From contig NW_027142325.1 of the NCBI RefSeq assembly GCF_036365525.1, positions 496,001-534,573 on the forward strand: a DNA stretch of 38,573 bases, read 5' to 3'. A program made the position numbers and the translations under genes. The stretch comes from Heterodontus francisci (Eukaryota). The notes beneath the pieces were generated by a model. The model was not told where the DNA came from. It searched no databases and was given only the letters and a program-made list of their open reading frames with translations. Shown here piece by piece: positions 12,174-27,305 of this stretch. The first letter of the stretch is position 1. The number at the start of each line of letters is the position of its first letter.

Positions 12174-12480
12174 CTTTATGTTACCCACTTATATTTTCTC
12201 ATACATTCTCTTTGTCTTCTTTCCTTTTTCAGGTCTCCCAAACACTTTCAGTACTGACTCTCTATGTATAATGAATCAGACATTGATCATAAACCTTCTT
12301 TTCCTGTCCCATTTTAAACTCAATATCTTTATTCATCCAAGAAGCTGTAGTATTGGATGTTCTTCTTCCTTTCGCCATCCTAGGAATGTTTTTAGCCTGT
12401 ACCTGAAATATCTCCTCATTAAAGGCCCCCATTGCTCACATTCTGTTTCACCTGTCTATCTTGGTTTTGAACCCATCAAC

Positions 12481-15400
12481 TATAAACCATCTGAACCCGT
12501 CTGTTATATTCCAGCCTGTAACTCACTGTTATTTATCCATTATTTAATGTATAAACTACCCAAACCCATCTGTTATATTCCAGCTTGTAACTCACTGTTA
12601 TTTATCCATTATTCTATGTATAAACTACCCAAACCCCTCTGTTATATTCCAGCCTGTAACTCACTGTTATTTATCCATTATTCTATGTATAAACTACCCA
12701 AACCCCTCTGTTATATTCCAGCCTGTAACTCACTGTTATTTATCCATTATTTAATGTATAAACTACCCAAATCCCTCTGTTATATTCCAGCCTGTAACTC
12801 ACTGTTATTTATCCATTATTCTATGTATAAACTACCCAAATCCCTCTGTTATATTCCAGCCTGTAACTCTCCGTTATTTATCCATTATTCTATAAATTAC
12901 CCAAATCCCTCTGTTATATTCCGGCCTGTAACTCACTGTTATTTATCCATTATTCTATGTATAAACTACCCAAATCCCTCTGTTATATTCCAGCCTGTAA
13001 CTCACCGTTATTTATCCATTATTCTATGTATAAACTACCCAAACCCCTCTGTTATATTCCAGCCTGTAACTCACTGTTATTTATCCATTATTCTATGTAT
13101 AAACTACCCAAATCCCTCTGTTATATTCCAGCCTGTAACTCACTGTTATTTATCCATTATTCTATGTATAAACTACCCAAACCCCTCTGTTATATTCCAG
13201 CCTGTAACTCACTGTTATTTATCCATTATTCTATGTATAAACTACCCAAACCCCTCTGTTATATTCCAGCCTGTAACTCACTGTTATTTATCCATTATTC
13301 TATGTATAAACTACCCAAACCCCTCTGTTATATTCCAGCCTGTAACTCATCGTTATTTATCCATTATTCTATGTATAAACTACCCAAACCCCTCTGTTAT
13401 ATTCCAGCCTGTAACTCACTGTTATTTATCCATTATTCTATGTATAAACTACCCAAACCCCTCTGTTATATTCCGGGCTGTAACTCACCGTTATTTATCC
13501 ATTATTCTATAAATTACCCAAATCCCTCTGTTATATTCCAGCCTGTAACTCACCGTTATTTATCCATTATTCTATAAATTACCCAAATCCCTCTGTTATA
13601 TTCCGGCCTGTAACTCACCGTTATTTATCCATTATTCTATAAATTACCCAAATCCCTCTGTTATATTCCGGCCTGTAAATCACTGTTATTTATCCATTAT
13701 TCTATAAATTACCCAAATCCCTCTGTTATATTCCAGCCTGTAACTCACTGTTATTTATCCATTATTCTATAAATTACCCAAATCCCTCTGTTATATTCCA
13801 GCCTGTAACTCACCGTTATTTATCCATTATTCTATAAATTACCCAAATCCCTCTGTTATATTCCGGCCTGTAACTCACCGTTATTTATCCATTATTCTAT
13901 AAATTACCCAAATCCCTCTGTTATATTCCGGCCTGTAAATCACTGTTATTTATCCATTATTCTATAAATTACCCAAATCCCTCTGTTATATTCCAGCCTG
14001 TAAATCACTGTTATTTATCCATTATTCTATAAATTACCCAAATCCCTCTGTTATATTCCAGCCTGTAACTCACTGTTATTTATCCATTATTCTATAAATT
14101 ACCCAAATCCCTCTGTTATATTCCGGCCTGTAACTCACTGTTATTTATCCATTATTCTATAAATTACCCAAGTCCCTCTGTTATATTCCGGCCTGTAACT
14201 CACCGTTATTTATCCATTATTCTATAAATTACCCAAATCCCTCTGTTATATTCCGGCCTGTAACTCACCGTTATTTATCCATTATTCTATAAATTACCCA
14301 AATCCCTCTGTTATATTCCAGCCTGTAACTCACCGTTATTTATCCATTATTCTATAAATTACCCAAATCCCTCTGTTATATTCCGGCCTGTAACTCACTG
14401 TTATTTATCCATTATTCTATAAATTACCCAAATCCCTCTGTTATATTCCGGCCTGTAACTCACCGTTATTTATCCATTATTCTATAAATTACCCAAATCC
14501 CTCTGTTATATTCCGGCCTGTAACTCACCGTTATTTATCCATTATTCTATAAATTACCCAAATCCCTCTGTTATATTCCAGCCTGTAACTCACTGTTATT
14601 TATCCATTATTCTATAAATTACCCAAATCCCTCTGTTATATTCCGGCCTGTAACTCACCGTTATTTATCCATTATTCTATAAATTACCCAAATCCCTCTG
14701 TTATATTCCGGCCTGTAACTCACCGTTATTTATCCATTATTCTATAAATTACCCAAATCCCTCTGTTATATTCCAGCCTGTAACTCACCGTTATTTATCC
14801 ATTATTCTATAAATTACCCAAATCCCTCTGTTATATTCCGGCCTGTAACTCACTGTTATTTATCCATTATTCTATAAATTACCCAAATCCCTCTGTTATA
14901 TTCCAGCCTGTAACTCACCGTTATTTATCCATTATTCTATAAATTACCCAAATCCCTCTGTTATATTCCGGCCTGTAACTCACCGTTATTTATCCATTAT
15001 TCTATAAATTACCCAAATCCCTCTGTTATATTCCGGCCTGTAACTCACCGTTATTTATCCATTATTCTATAAATTACCCAAATCCCTCTGTTATATTCCG
15101 GCCTGTAACTCACCGTTATTTATCCATTATTCTATAAATTACCCAAATCCCTCTGTTATATTCCGGCCTGTAACTCACTGTTATTTATCCATTATTCTAT
15201 AAATTACCCAAATCCCTCTGTTATATTCCGGCCTGTAACTCACCGTTATTTATCCATTATTCTATAAATTACCCAAATCCCTCTGTTATATTCCGGCCTG
15301 TAACTCACCGTTATTTATCCATTATTCTATAAATTACCCAAATCCCTCTGTTATATTCCGGCCTGTAACTCACCGTTATTTATCCATTATTCTATAAATT

Positions 15401-18400
15401 ACCCAAATCCCTCTGTTATATTCCAGCCTGTAACTCACCGTTATTTATCCATTATTCTATAAATTACCCAAATCCCTCTGTTATATTCCGGCCTGTAACT
15501 CACCGTTATTTATCCATTATTCTATAAATTACCCAAATCCCTCTGTTATATTCCGGCCTGTAACTCACCGTTATTTATCCATTATTCTATAAATTACCCA
15601 AATCCCTCTGTTATATTCCGGCCTGTAACTCACCGTTATTTATCCATTATTCTATAAATTACCCAAATCCCTCTGTTATATTCCGGCCTGTAACTCACCG
15701 TTATTTATCCATTATTCTATAAATTACCCAAATCCCTCTGTTATATTCCGGCCTGTAACTCACCGTTATTTATCCATTATTCTATAAATTACCCAAATCC
15801 CTCTGTTATATTCCGGCCTGTAACTCACCGTTATTTATCCATTATTCTATAAATTACCCAAATCCCTCTGTTATATTCCTGCCTGTAACTCACCGTTATT
15901 TATCCATTATTCTATAAATTACCCAAATCCCTCTGTTATATTCCGGCCTGTAACTCACCGTTATTTATCCATTATTCTATAAATTACCCAAATCCCTCTG
16001 TTATATTCCGGCCTGTAACTCACCGTTATTTATCCATTATTCTATAAATTACCCAAATCCCTCTGTTATATTCCGGCCTGTAACTCACCGTTATTTATCC
16101 ATTATTCTATAAATTACCCAAATCCCTCTGTTATATTCCGGCCTGTAACTCACCGTTATTTATCCATTATTCTATAAATTACCCAAATCCCTCTGTTATA
16201 TTCCGGCCTGTAACTCACTGTTATTTATCCATTATTCTATAAATTACCCAAATCCCTCTGTTATATTCCAGCCTGTAACTCACCGTTATTTATCCATTAT
16301 TCTATAAATTACCCAAATCCCTCTGTTATATTCCAGCCTGTAACTCACCGTTATTTATCCATTATTCTATAAATTACCCAAATCCCTCTGTTATATTCCG
16401 GCCTGTAACTCACCGTTATTTATCCATTATTCTATAAATTACCCAAATCCCTCTGTTATATTCCGGCCTGTAACTCACCGTTATTTATCCATTATTCTAT
16501 AAATTACCCAAATCCCTCTGTTATATTCCGGCCTGTAACTCACCGTTATTTATCCATTATTCTATAAATTACCCAAATCCCTCTGTTATATTCCGGCCTG
16601 TAACTCACCGTTATTTATCCATTATTCTATAAATTACCCAAATCCCTCTGTTATATTCCGGCCTGTAACTCACCGTTATTTATCCATTATTCTATAAATT
16701 ACCCAAATCCCTCTGTTATATTCCGGCCTGTAACTCACCGTTATTTATCCATTATTCTATAAATTACCCAAATCCCTCTGTTATATTCCGGCCTGTAACT
16801 CACCGTTATTTATCCATTATTCTATAAATTACCCAAATCCCTCTGTTATATTCCGGCCTGTAACTCACCGTTATTTATCCATTATTCTATAAATTACCCA
16901 AATCCCTCTGTTATATTCCAGCCTGTAACTCACCGTTATTTATCCATTATTCTATAAATTACCCAAATCCCTCTGTTATATTCCGGCCTGTAACTCACCG
17001 TTATTTATCCATTATTCTATAAATTACCCAAATCCCTCTGTTATATTCCGGCCTGTAACTCACCGTTATTTATCCATTATTCTATAAATTACCCAAATCC
17101 CTCTGTTATATTCCGGCCTGTAACTCACCGTTATTTATCCATTATTCTATAAATTACCCAAATCCCTCTGTTATATTCCGGCCTGTAACTCACCGTTATT
17201 TATCCATTATTCTATAAATTACCCAAATCCCTCTGTTATATTCCAGCCTGTAACTCACTGTTATTTATCCATTATTCTATAAATTACCCAAATCCCTCTG
17301 TTATATTCCGGCCTGTAACTCACTGTTATTTATCCATTATTCTATAAATTACCCAAATCCCTCTGTTATATTCCAGCCTGTAACTCACCGTTATTTATCC
17401 ATTATTCTATAAATTACCCAAATCCCTCTGTTATATTCCAGCCTGTAACTCACCGTTATTTATCCATTATTCTATAAATTACCCAAATCCCTCTGTTATA
17501 TTCCGGCCTGTAACTCACTGTTATTTATCCATTATTCTATAAATTACCCAAATCCCTCTGTTATATTCCGGCCTGTAACTCACTGTTAGTTATCCATTAT
17601 TCTATAAATTACCCAAATCCCTCTGTTATATTCCAGCCTGTAACTCACCGTTATTTATCCATTATTCTATAAATTACCCAAATCCCTCTGTTATATTCCG
17701 GCCTGTAACTCACCGTTATTTATCCATTATTCTATAAATTACCCAAATCCCTCTGTTATATTCCAGCCTGTAACTCACCGTTATTTATCCATTATTCTAT
17801 AAATTACCCAAATCCCTCTGTTATATTCCGGCCTGTAACTCACTGTTATTTATCCATTATTCTATAAATTACCCAAATCCCTCTGTTATATTCCAGCCTG
17901 TAACTCACTGTTATTTATCCATTATTCTATAAATTACCCAAATCCCTCTGTTATATTCCGGCCTGTAACTCACTGTTATTTATCCATTATTCTATAAATT
18001 ACCCAAATCCCTCTGTTATATTCCAGCCTGTAACTCACTGTTATTTATCCATTATTCTATAAATTACCCAAATCCCTCTGTTATATTCCGGCCTGTAACT
18101 CACCGTTATTTATCCATTATTCTATAAATTACCCAAATCCCTCTGTTATATTCCGGCCTGTAACTCACCGTTATTTATCCATTATTCTATAAATTACCCA
18201 AATCCCTCTGTTATATTCCAGCCTGTAACTCACCGTTATTTATCCATTATTCTATAAATTACCCAAATCCCTCTGTTATATTCCGGCCTGTAACTCACTG
18301 TTATTTATCCATTATTCTATAAATTACCCAAATCCCTCTGTTATATTCCAGCCTGTAACTCACTGTTATTTATCCATTATTCTATAAATTACCCAAATCC

Positions 18401-21400
18401 CTCTGTTATATTCCGGCCTGTAACTCACCGTTATTTATCCATTATTCTATAAATTACCCAAATCCCTCTGTTATATTCCAGCCTGTAACTCACCGTTATT
18501 TATCCATTATTCTATAAATTACCCAAACCCCTCTGTTATATTCCAGCCTGTAACTCACCGTTATTTATCCATTATTCTATAAATTACCCAAATCCCTCTG
18601 TTATATTCCAGCCTGTAACTCACTGTTATTTATCCATTATTCTATAAATTACCCAAATCCCTCTGTTATATTCCAGCCTGTAACTCACCGTTATTTATCC
18701 ATTATTCTATAAATTACCCAAATCCCTCTGTTATATTCCAGCCTGTAACTCACCGTTATTTATCCATTATTCTATAAATTACCCAAATCCCTCTGTTATA
18801 TTCCGGCCTGTAACTCACTGTTATTTATCCATTATTCTATAAATTACCCAAATCCCTCTGTTATATTCCGGCCTGTAACTCACTGTTATTTATCCATTAT
18901 TCTATAAATTACCCAAATCCCTCTGTTATATTCCGGCCTGTAACTCACCGTTATTTATCCATTATTCTATAAATTACCCAAATCCCTCTGTTATATTCCA
19001 GCCTGTAACTCACCGTTATTTATCCATTATTCTATAAATTACCCAAATCCCTCTGTTATATTCCAGCCTGTAACTCACTGTTATTTATCCATTATTCTAT
19101 AAATTACCCAAATCCCTCTGTTATATTCCAGCCTGTAACTCACCGTTATTTATCCATTATTCTATAAATTACCCAAATCCCTCTGTTATATTCCGGCCTG
19201 TAACTCACTGTTATTTATCCATTATTCTATAAATTACCCAAATCCCTCTGTTATATTCCAGCCTGTAACTCACCGTTATTTATCCATTATTCTATAAATT
19301 ACCCAAATCCCTCTGTTATATTCCAGCCTGTAACTCACTGTTATTTATCCATTATTCTATAAATTACCCAAATCCCTCTGTTATATTCCAGCCTGTAACT
19401 CACCGTTATTTATCCATTATTCTATAAATTACCCAAATCCCTCTGTTATATTCCAGCCTGTAACTCACCGTTATTTATCCATTATTCTATAAATTACCCA
19501 AATCCCTCTGTTATATTCCAGCCTGTAACTCACTGTTATTTATCCATTATTCTATAAACTACCCAAATCCCTCTGTTATATTCCAGCCTGTAACTCACTG
19601 TTATTTATCCATTATTCTATAAACTACCCAAATCCCTCTGTTATATTCCGGCTTGTAACTCACTGTTATTTATCCATTATTCTATAAATTACCCAAATCC
19701 CTCTGTTATATTCCAGCCTGTAACTCACCGTTATTTATCCATTATTCTATAAATTACCCAAATCCCTCTGTTATATTCCAGCCTGTAACTCACCGTTATT
19801 TATCCATTATTCTATAAATTACCCAAATCCCTCTGTTATATTCCGGCCTGTAACTCACTGTTATTTATCCATTATTCTATAAACTACCCAAATCCCTCTG
19901 TTATATTCCAGCCTGTAACTCACCGTTATTTATCCATTATTCTATAAATTACCCAAATCCCTCTGTTATATTCCAGCCTGTAACTCACTGTTATTTATCC
20001 ATTATTCTATAAATTCCCCAAATCCCTCTGTTATATTCCAGCCTGTAACTCACCGTTATTTATCCATTATTCTATAAATTACCCAAATCCCTCTGTTATA
20101 TTCCAGCCTGTAACTCACCGTTATTTATCCATTATTCTATAAATTACCCAAATCCCTCTGTTATATTCCAGCCTGTAACTCACTGTTATTTATCCATTAT
20201 TCTATAAATTACCCAAATCCCTCTGTTATATTCCAGCCTGTAACTCACTGTTATTTATCCATTATTCTATAAATTACCCAAATCCCTCTGTTATATTCCA
20301 GCCTGTAACTCACTGTTATTTATCCATTATTCTATAAACTACCCAAATCCCTCTGTTATATTCCAGCCTGTAACTCACCGTTATTTATCCATTATTCTAT
20401 AAATTACCCAAATCCCTCTGTTATATTCCAGCCTGTAACTCACCGTTATTTATCCATTATTCTATAAATTACCCAAATCCCTCTGTTATATTCCAGCCTG
20501 TAACTCACTGTTATTTATCCATTATTCTATAAATTACCCAAATCCCTCTGTTATATTCCAGCCTGTAACTCACCGTTATTTATCCATTATTCTATAAATT
20601 ACCCAAATCCCTCTGTTATATTCCGGCCTGTAACTCACCGTTATTTATCCATTATTCTATAAATTACCCAAATCCCTCTGTTATATTCCGGCCTGTAACT
20701 CACTGTTATTTATCCATTATTCTATAAATTACCCAAATCCCTCTGTTATATTCCAGCCTGTAACTCACTGTTATTTATCCATTATTCTATAAATTACCCA
20801 AATCCCTCTGTTATATTCCGGCCTGTAACTCACCGTTATTTATCCATTATTCTATAAATTACCCAAATCCCTCTGTTATATTCCAGCCTGTAACTCACCG
20901 TTATTTATCCATTATTCTATAAATTACCCAAACCCCTCTGTTATATTCCAGCCTGTAACTCACCGTTATTTATCCATTATTCTATAAATTACCCAAATCC
21001 CTCTGTTATATTCCAGCCTGTAACTCACTGTTATTTATCCATTATTCTATAAATTACCCAAATCCCTCTGTTATATTCCAGCCTGTAACTCACCGTTATT
21101 TATCCATTATTCTATAAATTACCCAAATCCCTCTGTTATATTCCAGCCTGTAACTCACCGTTATTTATCCATTATTCTATAAATTACCCAAATCCCTCTG
21201 TTATATTCCGGCCTGTAACTCACTGTTATTTATCCATTATTCTATAAATTACCCAAATCCCTCTGTTATATTCCGGCCTGTAACTCACTGTTATTTATCC
21301 ATTATTCTATAAATTACCCAAATCCCTCTGTTATATTCCGGCCTGTAACTCACCGTTATTTATCCATTATTCTATAAATTACCCAAATCCCTCTGTTATA

Positions 21401-24400
21401 TTCCAGCCTGTAACTCACCGTTATTTATCCATTATTCTATAAATTACCCAAATCCCTCTGTTATATTCCAGCCTGTAACTCACTGTTATTTATCCATTAT
21501 TCTATAAATTACCCAAATCCCTCTGTTATATTCCAGCCTGTAACTCACCGTTATTTATCCATTATTCTATAAATTACCCAAATCCCTCTGTTATATTCCG
21601 GCCTGTAACTCACTGTTATTTATCCATTATTCTATAAATTACCCAAATCCCTCTGTTATATTCCAGCCTGTAACTCACCGTTATTTATCCATTATTCTAT
21701 AAATTACCCAAATCCCTCTGTTATATTCCAGCCTGTAACTCACTGTTATTTATCCATTATTCTATAAATTACCCAAATCCCTCTGTTATATTCCAGCCTG
21801 TAACTCACCGTTATTTATCCATTATTCTATAAATTACCCAAATCCCTCTGTTATATTCCAGCCTGTAACTCACCGTTATTTATCCATTATTCTATAAATT
21901 ACCCAAATCCCTCTGTTATATTCCAGCCTGTAACTCACTGTTATTTATCCATTATTCTATAAACTACCCAAATCCCTCTGTTATATTCCAGCCTGTAACT
22001 CACTGTTATTTATCCATTATTCTATAAACTACCCAAATCCCTCTGTTATATTCCGGCCTGTAACTCACTGTTATTTATCCATTATTCTATAAACTACCCA
22101 AATCCCTCTGTTATATTCCAGCCTGTAACTCACCGTTATTTATCCATTATTCTATAAATTACCCAAATCCCTCTGTTATATTCCAGCCTGTAACTCACTG
22201 TTATTTATCCATTATTCTATAAATTCCCCAAATCCCTCTGTTATATTCCAGCCTGTAACTCACCGTTATTTATCCATTATTCTATAAATTACCCAAATCC
22301 CTCTGTTATATTCCAGCCTGTAACTCACTGTTATTTATCCATTATTCTATAAATTACCCAAATCCCTCTGTTATATTCCAGCCTGTAACTCACTGTTATT
22401 TATCCATTATTCTATAAACTACCCAAATCCCTCTGTTATATTCCGGCCTGTAACTCACTGTTATTTATCCATTATTCTATAAACTACCCAAATCCCTCTG
22501 TTATATTCCAGCCTGTAACTCACTGTTATTTATCCATTATTCTATAAACTACCCAAATCCCTCTGTTATATTCCGGCCTGTAACTCACCGTTATTTATCC
22601 ATTATTCTATAAATTACCCAAATCCCTCTGTTATATTCCAGCCTGTAACTCACCGTTATTTATCCATTATTCTATAAATTACCCAAATCCCTCTGTTATA
22701 TTCCAGCCTGTAACTCACTGTTATTTATCCATTATTCTATAAACTACCCAAATCCCTCTGTTATATTCCAGCCTGTAACTCACTGTTATTTATCCATTAT
22801 TCTATAAACTACCCAAATCCCTCTGTTATATTCCGGCCTGTAACTCACCGTTATTTATCCATTATTCTATAAACTACCCAAATCCCTCTGTTATATTCCG
22901 GCCTGTAACTCACTGTTATTTATCCATTATTCTATAAACTACCCAAATCCCTCTGTTATATTCCAGCCTGTAACTCACTGTTATTTATCCATTATTCTAT
23001 AAATTACCCAAATCCCTCTGTTATATTCCAGCCTGTAACTCACTGTTATTTATCCATTATTCTATAAACTACCCAAATCCCTCTGTTATATTCCGGCCTG
23101 TAACTCACTGTTATTTATCCATTATTCTATAAACTACCCAAATCCCTCTGTTATATTCCAGCCTGTAACTCACTGTTATTTATCCATTATTCTATAAACT
23201 ACCCAAATCCCTCTGTTATATTCCGGCCTGTAACTCACCGTTATTTATCCATTATTCTATAAATTACCCAAATCCCTCTGTTATATTCCAGCCTGTAACT
23301 CACCGTTATTTATCCATTATTCTATAAATTACCCAAATCCCTCTGTTATATTCCAGCCTGTAACTCACTGTTATTTATCCATTATTCTATAAACTACCCA
23401 AATCCCTCTGTTATATTCCAGCCTGTAACTCACTGTTATTTATCCATTATTCTATAAACTACCCAAATCCCTCTGTTATATTCCAGCCTGTAACTCACTG
23501 TTATTTATCCATTATTCTATAAATTACCCAAATCCCTCTGTTATATTCCAGCCTGTAACTCACTGTTATTTATCCATTATTCTATAAACTACCCAAATCC
23601 CTCTGTTATATTCCAGCCTGTAACTCACTGTTATTTATCCATTATTCTATAAACTACCCAAATCCCTCTGTTATATTCCAGCCTGTAACTCACTGTTATT
23701 TATCCATTATTCTATAAATTACCCAAATCCCTCTGTTATATTCCAGCCTGTAACTCACTGTTATTTATCCATTATTCTATAAACTACCCAAACCCCTCTG
23801 TTATATTCCAGCCTGTAACTCACTGTTATTTATCCATTATTCTATAAACTACCCAAACCCCTCTGTTATATTCCAGCCTGTAACTCACTGTTATTTATCC
23901 ATTATTCTATAAACTACCCAAATCCCTCTGTTATATTCCAGCCTGTAACTCACTGTTATTTATCCATTATTCTATAAATTACCCAAATCCCTCTGTTATA
24001 TTCCAGCCTGTAACTCACCGTTATTTATCCATTATTCTATAAATTACCCAAATCCCTCTGTTATATTCCAGCCTGTAACTCACTGTTATTTATCCATTAT
24101 TCTATAAACTACCCAAATCCCTCTGTTATATTCCAGCCTGTAACTCACTGTTATTTATCCATTATTCTATAAATTACCCAAATCCCTCTGTTATATTCCA
24201 GCCTGTAACTCACCGTTATTTATCCATTATTCTATAAATTACCCAAATCCCTCTGTTATATTCCAGCCTGTAACTCACTGTTATTTATCCATTATTCTAT
24301 AAATTACCCAAATCCCTCTGTTATATTCCGGCCTGTAACTCACCGTTATTTATCCATTATTCTATAAATTACCCAAATCCCTCTGTTATATTCCGGCCTG

Positions 24401-27143
24401 TAACTCACCGTTATTTATCCATTATTCTATAAATTACCCAAATCCCTCTGTTATATTCCAGCCTGTAACTCACTGTTATTTATCCATTATTCTATAAACT
24501 ACCCAAATCCCTCTGTTATATTCCAGCCTGTAACTCACTGTTATTTATCCATTATTCTATAAACTACCCAAATCCCTCTGTTATATTCCAGCCTGTAACT
24601 CACTGTTATTTATCCATTATTCTATAAATTACCCAAATCCCTCTGTTATATTCCAGCCTGTAACTCACTGTTATTTATCCATTATTCTATAAACTACCCA
24701 AATCCCTCTGTTATATTCCAGCCTGTAACTCACTGTTATTTATCCATTATTCTATAAATTACCCAAATCCCTCTGTTATATTCCAGCCTGTAACTCACCG
24801 TTATTTATCCATTATTCTATAAATTACCCAAATCCCTCTGTTATATTCCAGCCTGTAACTCACCGTTATTTATCCATTATTCTATAAACTACCCAAATCC
24901 CTCTGTTATATTCCAGCCTGTAACTCACTGTTATTTATCCATTATTCTATAAATTACCCAAATCCCTCTGTTATATTCCAGCCTGTAACTCACCGTTATT
25001 TATCCATTATTCTATAAATTACCCAAATCCCTCTGTTATATTCCAGCCTGTAACTCACTGTTATTTATCCATTATTCTATAAATTACCCAAATCCCTCTG
25101 TTATATTCCAGCCTGTAACTCACCGTTATTTATCCATTATTCTATAAATTACCCAAATCCCTCTGTTATATTCCAGCCTGTAACTCACTGTTATTTATCC
25201 ATTATTCTATAAACTACCCAAATCCCTCTGTTATATTCCGGCCTGTAACTCACTGTTATTTATCCATTATTCTATAAACTACCCAAATCCCTCTGTTATA
25301 TTCCAGCCTGTAACTCACTGTTATTTATCCATTATTCTATAAACTACCCAAATCCCTCTGTTATATTCCGGCCTGTAACTCACCGTTATTTATCCATTAT
25401 TCTATAAATTACCCAAATCCCTCTGTTATATTCCAGCCTGTAACTCACCGTTATTTATCCATTATTCTATAAATTACCCAAATCCCTCTGTTATATTCCA
25501 GCCTGTAACTCACTGTTATTTATCCATTATTCTATAAACTACCCAAATCCCTCTGTTATATTCCAGCCTGTAACTCACTGTTATTTATCCATTATTCTAT
25601 AAACTACCCAAATCCCTCTGTTATATTCCAGCCTGTAACTCACTGTTATTTATCCATTATTCTATAAATTACCCAAATCCCTCTGTTATATTCCAGCCTG
25701 TAACTCACTGTTATTTATCCATTATTCTATAAACTACCCAAATCCCTCTGTTATATTCCAGCCTGTAACTCACTGTTATTTATCCATTATTCTATAAACT
25801 ACCCAAATCCCTCTGTTATATTCCAGCCTGTAACTCACTGTTATTTATCCATTATTCTATAAACTACCCAAATCCCTCTGTTATATTCCAGCCTGTAACT
25901 CACTGTTATTTATCCATTATTCTATAAACTACCCAAATCCCTCTGTTATATTCCAGCCTGTAACTCACTGTTATTTATCCATTATTCTATAAATTACCCA
26001 AATCCCTCTGTTATATTCCAGCCTGTAACTCACCGTTATTTATCCATTATTCTATAAATTACCCAAATCCCTCTGTTATATTCCAGCCTGTAACTCACTG
26101 TTATTTATCCATTATTCTATAAACTACCCAAATCCCTCTGTTATATTCCAGCCTGTAACTCACTGTTATTTATCCATTATTCTATAAATTACCCAAATCC
26201 CTCTGTTATATTCCAGCCTGTAACTCACCGTTATTTATCCATTATTCTATAAATTACCCAAATCCCTCTGTTATATTCCAGCCTGTAACTCACCGTTATT
26301 TATCCATTATTCTATAAATTACCCAAATCCCTCTGTTATATTCCGGCCTGTAACTCACCGTTATTTATCCATTATTCTATAAATTACCCAAATCCCTCTG
26401 TTATATTCCGGCCTGTAACTCACCGTTATTTATCCATTATTCTATAAATTACCCAAATCCCTCTGTTATATTCCAGCCTGTAACTCACCGTTATTTATCC
26501 ATTATTCTATAAATTACCCAAATCCCTCTGTTATATTCCAGCCTGTAACTCACTGTTATTTATCCATTATTCTATAAACTACCCAAATCCCTCTGTTATA
26601 TTCCAGCCTGTAACTCACTGTTATTTATCCATTATTCTATAAATTACCCAAATCCCTCTGTTATATTCCAGCCTGTAACTCACCGTTATTTATCCATTAT
26701 TCTATAAATTACCCAAATCCCTCTGTTATATTCCAGCCTGTAACTCACTGTTATTTATCCATTATTCTATAAATTACCCAAATCCCTCTGTTATATTCCG
26801 GCCTGTAACTCACCGTTATTTATCCATTATTCTATAAACTACCCAAATCCCTCTGTTATATTCCGGCCTGTAACTCACCGTTATTTATCCATTATTCTAT
26901 AAATTACCCAAATCCCTCTGTTATATTCCAGCCTGTAACTCACTGTTATTTATCCATTATTCTATAAATTACCCAAATCCCTCTGTTATATTCCAGCCTG
27001 TAACTCACCGTTATTTATCCATTATTCTATAAATTACCCAAACCCCTCTGTTATATTCCAGCCTGTAACTCACTGTTATTTATCCATTATTCTATGTATA
27101 AACTACCCAAACCCCTCTGTTATATTCTAGCCTGTAACTCACT
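12481..27143. repeat. Tandem satellite/minisatellite array of ~225 units: 65-bp core flanked by 69-bp variants
   Basis: Unit AAAYTACCCAAATCCCTCTGTTATATTCCRGCCTGTAACTCACYGTTATTTATCCATTATTCTAT. The line pattern recurs every 780 nt (12 x 65). Units at ~12481-13510 and ~27095 carry an extra GTAT (69 bp), which gives the 23-aa repeated ORFs. Confidence 0.98.
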
Positions 27144-27305
27144 CGTGTCTGATGTCTGTGTATAAACCATCCCAATCTGACCATATGATGTTATATCTGC
27201 TGTCACTAGATCACAATCAGTATATTATCTCACAGTTTGATTTTGAAACAGTATTCTCTGTCCCTGTGCTGTTTTAATATTCTCGCTCTCTCTCTCTCTC
27301 CACAG

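Noticed and set aside
12178-13577. 444-aa and 206-aa repeat proteins as real genes
   Set aside because: They are a by-product of the 69-bp (23-codon) unit being open in two frames and have no recognisable domain.
12481-27143. CRISPR array
   Set aside because: Units are contiguous with no unique spacers, the context is eukaryotic, and there are no cas genes.
12481-27143. Array of V(D)J recombination signals (CACTGTT resembles the reverse heptamer) or an Ig switch region
   Set aside because: The invariant CAC of the heptamer is broken on the relevant strand, there is no properly spaced nonamer, and the unit is AT-rich without AGCT or G-run density.
27185-27235. Leader exon immediately before V1 (ATGATGTTATATCTGCTG...)
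   Set aside because: The hydrophobic stretch is short and there is no credible phase-1 splice donor.
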